Source: Candidatus Latescibacterota bacterium
Lineage (GTDB): Bacteria > Latescibacterota > UBA2968 > GCA-2709665
Direction of reading: 5' to 3'
Assembly: GCA_963667175.2 (NCBI GenBank)
Contig: CAXXXF010000003.1
Coordinates: 160,001 to 224,000 of the forward strand
DNA: 64,000 bases
Below, piece after piece: positions 31,391-41,317 of this stretch. The first letter of the stretch is position 1. Each line of letters opens with the position of its first letter. The position numbers were made by a program, and so were the translations under genes. The notes under the pieces were generated by a model. It was not told where the DNA came from. It saw only the letters and a program-made list of their open reading frames with translations, and did not search any database.

Positions 31391-32170
31391 ATGGACTCAA
31401 AACTACAACAGGAATATGAAGAGAAGGGTTACTGCATCGCCCGCGGGGCGATTGACGCGGGTCTGGCGGCCGAGACGGTCGGGCACGTGCAATGGCTCGT
31501 CAAGAGGCATCCGGATACGCGCCCCGAGCGATTGCACCACAATCTGCTCGTAAACGACCCGTTCATGCACCGGCTGGTGTGCGACGATCGGCTGGTGGAT
31601 ATCGCCGCGCAGTTCATCGGCCCGAACGTGGCCATGTTCGGCGCGCATTATATCGCCAAGAAGCCCGAAACCGGGCAGGCCGTACGGTGGCACCAGGATG
31701 GGTCGTACTGGCCGCTGGAGCCGATGGAGGTGACCACCCTGTGGGTCGCCGGCAACGACTCCACCGTGGAGAACGGGTGCATGCGCGTCCTTCCGGGAAC
31801 GCACACCCGGCGTCTGTTGAAGCGTTCGGAGATGGTGGACCTGGATCCGGACAAGTACGTGCTCGGCATCGGAATGCGTCCGGACCAGATCGACGAGGCC
31901 GACGCCGTGGACGTGGAACTCAAGGCCGGGGATATCTCCATTCACCACCCCAACATCATCCACGGCTCCAACTCCAATACGTCCGACCAATGGCGGGTGG
32001 GGCTCACCCTGCGCTATATCCCCACCAGCACCCGGGTGACGCGGCAGGCCCACCCTTCCATCTTGTGCCGGGGGGCGCCAATCCCCGAAGTCGGAAACCT
32101 TTACGCCGATAAGCCGAAATACGTCGAGGGAGAACACATGGCCTTCGCGGGGTGCGGGAACTGGGCGTGA
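31391..32170 (+). CDS. PhyH family Fe(II)/2OG dioxygenase
   Basis: WHQDGSYW, ENGCMRVLPG, IHGSNSNTS..WR. Confidence 0.92.
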   Translation: MDSKLQQEYEEKGYCIARGAIDAGLAAETVGHVQWLVKRHPDTRPERLHHNLLVNDPFMHRLVCDDRLVDIAAQFIGPNVAMFGAHYIAKKPETGQAVRWHQDGSYWPLEPMEVTTLWVAGNDSTVENGCMRVLPGTHTRRLLKRSEMVDLDPDKYVLGIGMRPDQIDEADAVDVELKAGDISIHHPNIIHGSNSNTSDQWRVGLTLRYIPTSTRVTRQAHPSILCRGAPIPEVGNLYADKPKYVEGEHMAFAGCGNWA

Positions 32171-32274
32171 GTGGGGGTTGGAGGGAGAACGTCCTTCCCG
32201 TGGACGGGGTGTCCAGGCTTCGATACGTAGCACGGGGCGCGATCCATAGGGCGCCAGGGTGTCTTTCCCGGGAT

Positions 32275-33951
32275 CGAGGGCATCCCTGCCCTCGGTGGCC
32301 GATGCGCTGTGCCTTGGCGCCGTCATTTCCGATGTTTCGGACGAATGGGAATGTAAGCCCTTGATGAGGATATTTGCGGGTTCCGCGATATTCGAGGGCA
32401 GGGATGCCCTCGGTCCGGTTTCTGGTAGATTATGAACTGATGTAGGGCGGGATACCCTCGGTTCGGATACTATTTAATCACGTACTAATGTAGGGAAGGA
32501 CACCTTGGGCTTCAGTGGACCGACATCCCGCGTAAAGCCGTCAAGTAGACTTCACCGCACCCGTCTTCCGCACTTTGAAGCCGGGGAAGTTCCCCAACAC
32601 GTTTGTTTTCGACTGGCGGACAGCCTGCCGCAATATCTGCTCCGACAACGGGAGCGTGACCTGGATAGACTTCAGGAAGGGGAACACCAGAATCGTCGAA
32701 GGATCGAAGAGGCGTTGGATCGGGGCCATGGCGCCTGCTGGCTGCGCCGGCCTGACATCGCAGCACTGGTGCGTGATGCCATACGGTACTTCGATGGCCA
32801 CCTGTATCATCTGCATGCGTGGGTGGTCATGCCCAATCATGTCCACGTGTTGGCGACACCGATTGGCAACCACTCGCTGTCTGGCATCGTACACTCCTGG
32901 AAGTCGTACACTGCTAGCCTGGCTAATAAGATGCTGAAACGCAAGGGAAAGTTCTGGCATGAGGACTACTTTGACCGGTTTGTTCGCGACGAAGATCACT
33001 TCGGAGAAATTGTCAAATATATTCACTGGAACCCGGTGAAGGCAGGGTTGTGCACGGACCCTGAAGATTGGGAATGGAGCAATTGTTGCAACCGGCGTTC
33101 ACGGGATTGATGGCCTCCTTCCCTCGACGCGTAGCGCCAGGCGCGATCCGTTGGGTGCGAGGATGCCTTTCCCGGGAGCGAGGGCATCCCTGCCCTCGCC
33201 GGCGGATGTACGGGGCCTTGGTGCCGTCATTTCCGAAATGGAACTGGAAGCGAAGGAAGCGATAGGCCCTTGATGTAGATGTTGGCTGTTGATGCGAAGT
33301 TCGAGGGCAGGGATGCCCTCGGTCCGGGTGCTGGAGGATCATGAACTGATGCAGGGCGGGAGGCTCGGTGTTAGGGATGGCACAATCGGTGTGTGGCGGA
33401 TTTTTACGAACTGAATCAATTCCAGCGGATCTGTTCCTGGGTTCAAGGTTTCCCTGAGAGCGAGGGCATCCCTGCCCTCGCCGGCCGATACGTGAGGCCT
33501 TGGCGCCGTCATTTCCGATGTTTCGGATGAATGGGGATGATAAGCCCTTGATGAGGAAATTTGCGGGTGCTGCGATATTCGAGGGCAGGGATGCCCTCGG
33601 TCCGGACACTGGTGGATCATGTACTGAAGTAGGGCAGATCTTCAGTTTTGCAGGTATTGATCGGTCACTTGTCCTGACCGGGTAACACGCAGGGCGTGCA
33701 AGGTGGCGGGAGGAAAAAACCGCGCACCTTCGGGAGGTCAATTCGAAGTAGCGATTCACGCCAAACAGGTGTTATTGGCGCAATAGCAACGAATGCCTTT
33801 CCCGGGATCGAGGGCATCCCTGCCCTCGGTGGCCGATGCGCTGTGCCTTGGCGCCGTCATTTCCGAAATGGAATTGGAAGCAAGGGAAGCAGAAGGTCCC
33901 TGATGTGGAAATTGGCGGTTGATGCGAAGTTCGAGGGCAGGGATGCCCTCG
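32275..33951. repeat. Eight REP palindromes CGAGGGCATCCCTGCCCTCG arranged as four inverted doublets (REPINs)
   Basis: Copies at 32275, 32393(rc), 33179, 33302(rc), 33461, 33580(rc), 33809, 33932(rc). Confidence 0.92.
32505..33110 (+). mobile_element. REP-associated tyrosine transposase (RAYT/TnpA-REP)
   Basis: RLPHF, FRLADSLP, VVMPNHVH (HUH), FW...YFDRFVR, YIHWNPVKAGL..PEDWEWS. Flanked by REPs. Confidence 0.9.
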
Positions 33952-34062
33952 GTCCGGGTGCTGGAGGATCATGAACTGATGCAGGGCGGGAGGCTCGGTG
34001 TTAGGGATGGCACAATCGGTGTGGTGGCGAGTTCGCATTCGTAACGTCGATATCGATACCAA

Positions 34063-37000
34063 ATGCAACTGGAAGACCTCAAACCCGGCACAACCGTCCG
34101 CGGCATCGTTCCCGACGGCGTTGTAACCGTCGTCAACGTGCAATGGCACGGCTCCGGAGCGCTTACGCTGATCTATCGCCCGGCCTCCGGGCGGGTCGCC
34201 GAAGAGATTCTCTACCGGCACGACGAGGCGCGCCTCGAGATCGTCGAGCATGGCCGCCCGTGGAGTTTCGACGGCGACGGCGCGCTCTTTCGCCTTGTGT
34301 CCGAAGCCTACCGCATCCGCCTGGCCCACTTATTCGATCCCGTCCTCGCCGTACATACTTCCCTCGTCGAACCTCTCCCGCACCAGATCACGGCCGTGTA
34401 CGAGGCCATGTTACCGCACCATCCGCTGCGGTTCCTGCTGGCCGACGATCCCGGCGCCGGAAAAACGATCATGGCCGGGCTCTTGATGAAGGAACTCGTT
34501 GCCCGCGGCGATCTCCGACGATGCCTCGTGGTGTGTCCCGGTAGCCTTGCCGAGCAGTGGCAGGACGAACTCTACCGCCGTTTCCATCTCCCGTTCGAGA
34601 TTCTGACGAACGACAAGCTTGACGCCGCCCGGACTGGAAATTGGTTCCTCGAAAACGACCTCGCCATCGCCCGGCTGGACAAACTCGCCCGCAATGACGA
34701 CCTGCAGGCCAAGCTGGGCGCCCCGGACTGTCGCTACGACATGGTGGTCTGCGACGAAGCGCACAAGATGTCGGCGACCTTCTTCGGCGGCGAAGTGAGA
34801 TACACCAGGCGCTACCGGCTCGGTCAACTTCTGTCCAATCTCACCCGCCATTTTCTGCTGATGACGGCCACGCCGCACAACGGGAAGGAGGCGGACTTTC
34901 AACTCTTCCTCGCCCTGTTGGACGGCGATCGCTTCGAGGGACGGTTCCGTGACGGCGTTCACCAGGTGGACGTTTCCGATCTGATGCGCCGAATGGTGAA
35001 GGAGAATCTGTTGAAGTTCGACGGACGGCCGTTGTTCCCGGAGCGCATCGCGTATTCGGTGCCGTACAGGCTAACTGACGCCGAAGCGCGGCTGTACAGA
35101 GAGGTGACCGAATACGTCCGCGAAGAGTTCAATCGCGCGGAGGCGTTGCAAAACGATACACGCGCGGGTACCGTCGGCTTTGCGCTCACCATCCTGCAGC
35201 GGCGCCTGGCGTCTTCGCCCGAAGCGATTCACCAATCGCTGAGGCGGCGCCGTGAACGGCTCGAAGGCCGGCTTCGAGAACTGAGCCTGCTGCAACGCGG
35301 CGCCAGGCAACAGGAAGCAATCTCCCAGGCCGGTCCGTTGTTGGACGCCGAGGACGTGGAGGACCTGGACGACGCCCCGTACGAAGAGGTCGAGGCTGCC
35401 GAGGCGGCAGTGCTGGACGAGGCGACGGCGGCAGGTACCATCGCGGAACTGGAAGCCGAGATCGCTTCGCTCAAGCGGCTCGAAAAGATCGCGGGTGAAA
35501 TCCTTCGCAGCGGAGAGGATACGAAGTGGCGTGAACTCTCGAATCTGCTCGGAGAGATCTTCACGAAGGCCGGACTGGGAGCGTCGGGTGGCGAGAAAGT
35601 CGAACCCTACGGCAGCGGCGCCATCCCGCCTCCTGTTCCGTCGCCGAGCCAGAAACTCGTACTCTTCACCGAGCACCGGGATTCGCTGAACTACCTCCAG
35701 CGGCGCATTGCCACGCTGCTTGGCCGTCCGTCCGGCGTTGTCACCATCCACGGGAGCATGGGGCGGGAGGATCGCCGCAAGGCCCAGGAGGCCTTCCTGC
35801 ACGATCCGCTGGTTCGGGTTCTGTTGGCTACCGACGCCGCCGGTGAGGGCATCAACCTCCAGCGCGCCCACCTGATGGTGAACTACGACCTTCCGTGGAA
35901 CCCGAACCGCATCGAACAGCGATTCGGACGGATCCACCGCATCGGGCAGACGGAGGTCTGTCATCTCTGGAACCTGGTGGCGGAAGAAACCCGGGAAGGC
36001 GACGTGTACCGCAAACTGCTGGACAAGCTCGAGCAGGCCCGGAGCGCCCTTGGCGGACAGGTCTTCGACGTGCTCGGCAGGCTTCAGTTCGACGGCCGTC
36101 CCCTTCGCGACCTGCTGATCGAAGCGATCCGCTACGGCGAACAACCCGAAGTGCGCGCCCGGCTCTCGGAGGCTGTAGATGAAGCCGTAGACCGGCCGCA
36201 TCTTCAGGAACTGATCGATGAACACGCCCTCGCGCACGATGCGATGGACTCGACCCGGGTTGCGCGCGTGCGGGAGGAGATGGAACGCGCCGAGGCCCGG
36301 CGACTGCAACCGCACTACATCGAGGCGTTTTTCCTCGAAGCGTTCAGGCGACTGGGAGGCACGGCGCGACGGCGTGAGACGGGCCGGTATCAGATCAACC
36401 ACGTCCCGGCGCCGGTGCGCAACCGCGACAGGCAGATCGGCGTGGGCGAACCGGTTCTCGCGCGCTACGAACGCATCGCTTTCGACAAGAAGTACCTCAC
36501 GCCACAGGGGGAGACGCCCGCGGCCTTCGTGTGCCCCGGACACCCGTTACTCGACGCAATCCTCGACCTGACGCTGGAGCGCCACAGGGACCTGCTTCAT
36601 CGAGGCGCCGTACTCGTGGATGAGCGGGACCCGGGCCTGGAAACGCGCGTGATCTTCTCTCTGGAACATGCCATCAAGGATGGGAGTGTCCTGCCGAGCG
36701 GTGAAGGTCGCGTCATTTCCCGCCGGACGCTATACGTCGAGATCGATTCATCGGGCGCAAAGTATCGTCTGGACCACGCGCCTTACCTGGACTACCGGCC
36801 ACTGGGAGATCACGAACCCAATGAAGCGGACGTCCTCGCTCGTCCCGAATGCGAATGGATCACGCGCGAACTGGAGCAGCAGGCGCGCGAGGAAGCCATC
36901 GCCAACATCGTGCCGGAACACCTCGGTGAAGTACGCGACCGTCGAATTGATCTGGTTGCGAAGACCCGCGCCGCGGTAAAGGAGCGCCTGACCAGGGAAA

Positions 37001-37635
37001 TGGCGTACTGGGACCACCGGGCCGAGGAGCTCAAGCTGCAGGAGGAAGCGGGAAAGGCCGGAGCAAAGCTAAACTCGCGTGAGGCCCAGCGGCGGGCCGA
37101 CGACCTTCAGGAGCGTCTTGAGCAGCGGATGTCCCAACTGGACCGGGAAGAGAAAATTTCAGCGCTCCCTCCCGCCGTGATCGGCGGCCTTGTCGTGGTG
37201 CCGATGGGACTTCTGGCAGAGATGAGCGGCGCCTCGCCCCCGCGGCGACCCGTGGACACCCAGAAGTCGGCGGCGAAAGCGCGCGCCATCATCATGGAAG
37301 TCGAGCGCGGCCTTGGATTCGAGCCGGTCGACCGGGAGACCGAACACCTCGGATATGACATCGAGAGCCGCGTTCCGGGAACGGGGAAACTCCGGTTCAT
37401 CGAAGTGAAGGGCCGCCAATCCGGTGAAGATACGATCACGGTGACGACAAACGAGATCGTCACCGCGTTGAACAAACCGGACGACTTCGTCCTCGCCATT
37501 GTCGAGTTTCTGGATAGCGGTGAACATCGCACGCACTACCTGCGCCGGCCCTTCCAGCGGGAACCGGACTTTTCGGTGACCAGCGTGAACTACAAGCTGA
37601 AAGACTTAATTGAACGGGCCGGAAAGCCGGTCTAA
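34063..37635 (+). CDS. SNF2-family helicase with C-terminal DUF3883 (NOV_C) nuclease-like domain
   Basis: LLADDPGAGKT, DEAH, TATPH, EGINLQ, QRFGRIHRIGQ. C-terminal GYDIES...FIEVKG...NE. Confidence 0.93.
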   Translation: MQLEDLKPGTTVRGIVPDGVVTVVNVQWHGSGALTLIYRPASGRVAEEILYRHDEARLEIVEHGRPWSFDGDGALFRLVSEAYRIRLAHLFDPVLAVHTSLVEPLPHQITAVYEAMLPHHPLRFLLADDPGAGKTIMAGLLMKELVARGDLRRCLVVCPGSLAEQWQDELYRRFHLPFEILTNDKLDAARTGNWFLENDLAIARLDKLARNDDLQAKLGAPDCRYDMVVCDEAHKMSATFFGGEVRYTRRYRLGQLLSNLTRHFLLMTATPHNGKEADFQLFLALLDGDRFEGRFRDGVHQVDVSDLMRRMVKENLLKFDGRPLFPERIAYSVPYRLTDAEARLYREVTEYVREEFNRAEALQNDTRAGTVGFALTILQRRLASSPEAIHQSLRRRRERLEGRLRELSLLQRGARQQEAISQAGPLLDAEDVEDLDDAPYEEVEAAEAAVLDEATAAGTIAELEAEIASLKRLEKIAGEILRSGEDTKWRELSNLLGEIFTKAGLGASGGEKVEPYGSGAIPPPVPSPSQKLVLFTEHRDSLNYLQRRIATLLGRPSGVVTIHGSMGREDRRKAQEAFLHDPLVRVLLATDAAGEGINLQRAHLMVNYDLPWNPNRIEQRFGRIHRIGQTEVCHLWNLVAEETREGDVYRKLLDKLEQARSALGGQVFDVLGRLQFDGRPLRDLLIEAIRYGEQPEVRARLSEAVDEAVDRPHLQELIDEHALAHDAMDSTRVARVREEMERAEARRLQPHYIEAFFLEAFRRLGGTARRRETGRYQINHVPAPVRNRDRQIGVGEPVLARYERIAFDKKYLTPQGETPAAFVCPGHPLLDAILDLTLERHRDLLHRGAVLVDERDPGLETRVIFSLEHAIKDGSVLPSGEGRVISRRTLYVEIDSSGAKYRLDHAPYLDYRPLGDHEPNEADVLARPECEWITRELEQQAREEAIANIVPEHLGEVRDRRIDLVAKTRAAVKERLTREMAYWDHRAEELKLQEEAGKAGAKLNSREAQRRADDLQERLEQRMSQLDREEKISALPPAVIGGLVVVPMGLLAEMSGASPPRRPVDTQKSAAKARAIIMEVERGLGFEPVDRETEHLGYDIESRVPGTGKLRFIEVKGRQSGEDTITVTTNEIVTALNKPDDFVLAIVEFLDSGEHRTHYLRRPFQREPDFSVTSVNYKLKDLIERAGKPV

Positions 37636-37657
37636 AGTACAACTGAGGGAGGGAATT

Positions 37658-39364
37658 ATGGCGAAAGCGAATATCCTCAACACTCGTACGATCAATTACA
37701 TGGAGCTTATTGGCAACGGCAAGTTATACAGAGTGCCCCCGTATCAACGCGACTACTCCTGGTCGCAAGAACAATGGGAGGACTTATGGAACGACATTCT
37801 AGAACTGAAGTCGTCCCCCGATGAGCGCCATTATATGGGTGCACTCGTAGTTGAAGGGAAGAGTGATCGCGAATTCCTGATCATCGATGGACAGCAGCGC
37901 CTTCCTACATTGAGTCTGTTTGCGCTCGCAGTTATCGACAGATTACAGGCGATGGCCGACCAGGGGATCGAGCCTGAGGACAACGGGGAACGGGCTCGGG
38001 AACTACGGAATCGATTTATAGGAGAGAAGGATCCGGCTTCGCTTACCGAAAGCACGCGATTGTACTTAAACGAGACCGACGATCCATTCTATCAAGACTA
38101 TCTGGTTCAACTAAGAAAACCGATAAACCCAAGGGGTTTGCCCAGGTCGAATCAACTCCTTTGGCAGTGTTTCCTTTATTTTAAGCGAAGTCTCGAATCG
38201 GCTCAGGATCTACAGGTGGATGGCAGAATCACAGCTAGCCTCCTCTCAGAGACCATCGCACGCCAATTCCTTTTTATTCTGATCACAGTAGACGACGAGT
38301 TAAACGCTTACACGGTTTTTGAGACTCTTAACGCGCGGGGTTTGGAATTAACCACTACGGACCTCCTGAAGAACTACCTGTTCTCGCGAGTGTCAGTGTC
38401 TGCAGATCTGACGGCATTACAGCGTCGCTGGCAAAGGCTAGTCGCCACCGTCGAACAGCCGCGTTTTCCTGAGTTTCTTCGATATCATCTTCTCTGCGAG
38501 CACCCGAGAGTTCGAAGCGAACGGTTATTTAAGCTGGTTCGAGAGCGAACCAAAACGTCTCAGGATGTATTCGATCTCCTTGACAACCTGGAAGGCCGTG
38601 CGGAACTATTCGCGGCTGTCCTGGATCCGAACCACAGCTACTGGATTGAATTACACAAAGCAAAGCCGTACATCCATGAGCTAAACCTCTTTCGAGTACG
38701 TCAAGCAATGCCTCTGCTGTTCGCAGCTTGGGAAAATATGAATGGCGAATTTGTCCGCATTCTGAAACTCGTCAGCAATATTTCGTTCCGTTACACTGTT
38801 GTGAGCCGCCGGAACACGAATGAACTAGAACCTGTCTACCACAACGCTGCCAAGGCGGTAATCGAGGGTAAGGCGACGGGACCTGCCGAAGTTTTCAATC
38901 ATCTAAAGGCCATCTACGTGGATGACATAAGGATGGACCAGGATTTCGCATTTCTTACCGTAAACACTCGAGGGCCCAGGAAGAAATTGGCGAAATATAT
39001 CCTGGCACGACTGGAAGAGGACGCAGCTAAGCGCCCCTGCGATTCGAATACGGACCCCGGAACGATCGAGCATATCCTTCCGGAGAATCCATTGGAATCC
39101 TGGGATGAGACATTTGCTTCGGATCAGTGGGATGCCGCAATCTACCGACTCGGGAATCTAACGCTTCTCGAGCCGTCAGCCAATCGGGATTTAGGTAATT
39201 CCGCCTATGAGCAAAAACGTACGGCGTATACAATAAGCAAGTATGAAATCACCAGGACCATTCCCGAGTTGGCGCCGGAGCAATGGACACCTGAACTGTT
39301 GGACGAAAGGCAACGCAGGTTCTCCAGACGAGCCGTACATTTGTGGAGATCGGATTTCGCGTGA
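37658..39364 (+). CDS. GmrSD-type type IV restriction protein (DUF262 + DUF1524/HNH)
   Basis: VPPYQRDYSW, IIDGQQR, FETLNARG, TIEHILP, LGNLTLL...N. Confidence 0.9.
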   Translation: MAKANILNTRTINYMELIGNGKLYRVPPYQRDYSWSQEQWEDLWNDILELKSSPDERHYMGALVVEGKSDREFLIIDGQQRLPTLSLFALAVIDRLQAMADQGIEPEDNGERARELRNRFIGEKDPASLTESTRLYLNETDDPFYQDYLVQLRKPINPRGLPRSNQLLWQCFLYFKRSLESAQDLQVDGRITASLLSETIARQFLFILITVDDELNAYTVFETLNARGLELTTTDLLKNYLFSRVSVSADLTALQRRWQRLVATVEQPRFPEFLRYHLLCEHPRVRSERLFKLVRERTKTSQDVFDLLDNLEGRAELFAAVLDPNHSYWIELHKAKPYIHELNLFRVRQAMPLLFAAWENMNGEFVRILKLVSNISFRYTVVSRRNTNELEPVYHNAAKAVIEGKATGPAEVFNHLKAIYVDDIRMDQDFAFLTVNTRGPRKKLAKYILARLEEDAAKRPCDSNTDPGTIEHILPENPLESWDETFASDQWDAAIYRLGNLTLLEPSANRDLGNSAYEQKRTAYTISKYEITRTIPELAPEQWTPELLDERQRRFSRRAVHLWRSDFA

Positions 39365-39520
39365 AAGAGCATTCAGGTCGGCGTTAAATCCAGCTAAATC
39401 AATGTCAGGGGAGCTTGTGTGACGGAACAGGAAATGAAATACCAAATAAAGGTCAACATTACGCAAGTAAATGGGCACTTTGACGGCAATTGCGACAATT
39501 GTTGATGAATTCCAAGAAAT

Positions 39521-39539
39521 CGTTACCTTTTGCGTAATG
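39521..39539 (+). promoter_or_regulatory. Operator-like palindrome (copy 1) before a higB remnant
   Basis: CGTTACCTTTTGCGTAATG, running into ATGATGATCGCCTTCAAA as in the intact higB. Confidence 0.65.
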
Positions 39540-40198
39540 ATGATCGCCTTCAAAAATAGGAGAATTCGTTAAGATTCCTATCGCGGCTTCGCTTTGTTCA
39601 GCCCTGCCTGCGCCGTGTCCGGCACGGCAGGCAGGCGCTCCCTCCCCGAATCCAGGGATGCGCGTCGGTCGCGCGCCTTGTCTTCGGCCACAATGACTCG
39701 GCCTCGCCTGCAGAGCGACTTTTTCAACGGACTGCTAAAGGAGAGCAAGTAATGGAGACGAACGAGTACCGCCCGGACTACGCAGTCCCCCCTGGTTGGG
39801 ATCCTCGCGGAGCGCCTCGAAGCGTAGGGATTTTCGCACGCGGAGTTCGCGAGACGATGCGACCGACCGGCGAAACTCATCAGCGAGATCATCTCCGGGA
39901 AAGCTCCGATTGAGCCGAAGACGGCCCTTCGGTTCGAAAGGGTGCTGGGGGTCAATGCGGACATCTGGTTGGGTATTGAGAAAGACTATCAGTTACATCA
40001 GAACCGGGAAGCCGATCCGAGGGTAGTTTAGCGTATACCGGCGCCGAAGGCGCATTCAGGAGTCCGGACGTGTTTCGTTCTGCCGACGAGCAGGGCATCG
40101 CTCCTGGAATCGTCGTCGGAAGGCTCCAGCACGAGAGGTATATCGAGTGGAATCGGCTGAACAACCTGAAAGTCCGATTGGAGTGGGTTGACAATTGA
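39537..40198 (+). pseudogene. Decayed higB-higA(ImmA) copy
   Basis: Only the higB start survives. higA (39752..40198) matches both ends of 41662..42747 but has a frameshift, a TAG and a large internal deletion. Confidence 0.85.
39636..39734 (-). mobile_element. Partial copy of the 3658..3817 MITE
   Basis: Near-identical reverse complement of the left ~100 bp, ending at CTAA (39735..39738). Confidence 0.85.
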
Positions 40199-40303
40199 TG
40201 CCCAAATGCGCAAAAAGAAACGCCCCTTTCGGGGCGTCGGGCCGGAGATGCTATCTCCGGCGGGGTGACGTTCAGATGATAGCTTTTTCCATGGAAATTG
40301 TCA

Positions 40304-40375
40304 ATGGCAAAAGATGCAATCGGAAGGCAACATAAAACCACGTCGAACCGAGTTCTTGTATACATTGATGGCTTC
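40304..40375 (+). pseudogene. 5' remnant of a NYN-domain gene
   Basis: Reads MAKDAIGRQHKTTSNRVLVYIDGF, the typical first strand of NYN/PIN. Preceded by hairpins at 40212..40268. Confidence 0.5.
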
Positions 40376-40396
40376 GTACTGCGCCGGCCGGTCAAG

Positions 40397-40521
40397 TGGA
40401 TGGCGGTGAACATCGCACGCTCTACCTGCGCCGGCCCTTCCAGCGGGAACCGGACTTCGCGGTGACCAGCGTGAACTACAAGCTGAAAGATTTAATGGAG
40501 CGGGCCGGAAAGCCCACTTGA
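40397..40521 (+). repeat. Duplicate of the last 125 bp of the SNF2 helicase gene
   Basis: Aligns with 37511..37635, including a stop codon at the equivalent position. Confidence 0.93.
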
Positions 40522-40560
40522 CGGGGGGAACCCGATTTGGGCAGATCGCCAAATTGGCTC

Positions 40561-40599
40561 TTGACACCGGTCTCGAAAATCGTTACCTTTTGCGTAACG
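40561..40599 (+). promoter_or_regulatory. Sigma70-like promoter with overlapping operator palindrome (copy 2)
   Basis: TTGACA-N17-TACCTT, with CGTTAC-N7-GTAACG at 40581..40599. Confidence 0.7.
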
Positions 40600-40648
40600 A
40601 AAACGAATCTCTCCACGAATTTCTCGTCAAAACCGAGAGGTGAGACAA

Positions 40649-40906
40649 ATGCCAAGAAAACCAAGAGACACCGTCACATACGACCTCAAGCTAGGCCGCG
40701 AAATCGTTTATCGTGGAACCACCAGCGATCCCGATGCGCGAGAGCAGAGCCACAGAGCAGAGGGCAAGAATTTCGATCAGCTGAAGGTAACATCAAGACG
40801 AATGACGAGAGCGGGGGCGGAGAAAAAGGAGGCCGAGAATCTGGAGACGTACCGAAAGGGACACGGTGGAAGAAATCCAAAATACAACAAGAGGGACGAC
40901 GGATAG
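40649..40906 (+). CDS. Minimal stand-alone GIY-YIG-like protein (85 aa)
   Basis: TYDL....IVYRGTT.D...REQSH ... E ... PKYN follows the GIY-YIG Y/Y-G/R/H/E/N order. GAGAGG RBS. Confidence 0.65.
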   Translation: MPRKPRDTVTYDLKLGREIVYRGTTSDPDAREQSHRAEGKNFDQLKVTSRRMTRAGAEKKEAENLETYRKGHGGRNPKYNKRDDG

Positions 40907-40997
40907 ATCTACTACAACTCTCCGAGCGCGGCTTCGCGTCGTTCAACCGCAATCAAATGGGTGGCAGTGAACGCGTGAGCCCGTTCGATGTACCAAT

Positions 40998-41084
40998 CAC
41001 TCCCCCCTTGAGGGGGAGTCGCAGAAGCCGAGCCTGATCCCTGTGCTTTTCGAAGGGTCAGGCGACGGCTGATGCGGTGGGGGG
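40998..41084. repeat. REP-like palindromic element
   Basis: ACTCCCCCCTTGAGGGGGAGT hairpin and a distal GGTGGGGGG. Confidence 0.55.
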
Positions 41085-41275
41085 AATTCAGCGCCTTGCC
41101 GTACGCCGGTGGCGTGCATGAACTTGCTGCCGTTTTTCGCGTTGATGCCCCGCTTGAAGACTCAAAGGACTGACGGACTACACATCCACACGATTCCGCG
41201 GTCCCGGCATCCAAACGCACCCTGCGCGATTTCGTGATCGAATACCGGTCGCCGAACAGGTATAGTAATCTCTCC

Positions 41276-41317
41276 TTGACATACGCTCACCCAAATCGTT
41301 ACCTTCCGCGTAACGAT
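41276..41317 (+). promoter_or_regulatory. higBA promoter/operator (copy 3)
   Basis: TTGACA-N18-TACCTT. ATCGTTAC-N7-GTAACGAT overlaps the -10 box and the start codon. Confidence 0.7.

Noticed and set aside
5581-32170. PhyH genes as halogenases
   Set aside because: All three keep the HxD facial-triad acid (HPD, HQD, HQD).
32275-33951. Possible CRISPR array
   Set aside because: The repeats alternate in orientation, the ~100-bp spacers are themselves repeated, no cas genes are present, and a RAYT is adjacent, so these are REPINs.
2592-36543. Many long antisense or alternate-frame ORFs (e.g. 2647..3864, 5131..6693, 35071..36543)
   Set aside because: Shadows of real genes in GC-rich DNA, with no recognisable motifs.
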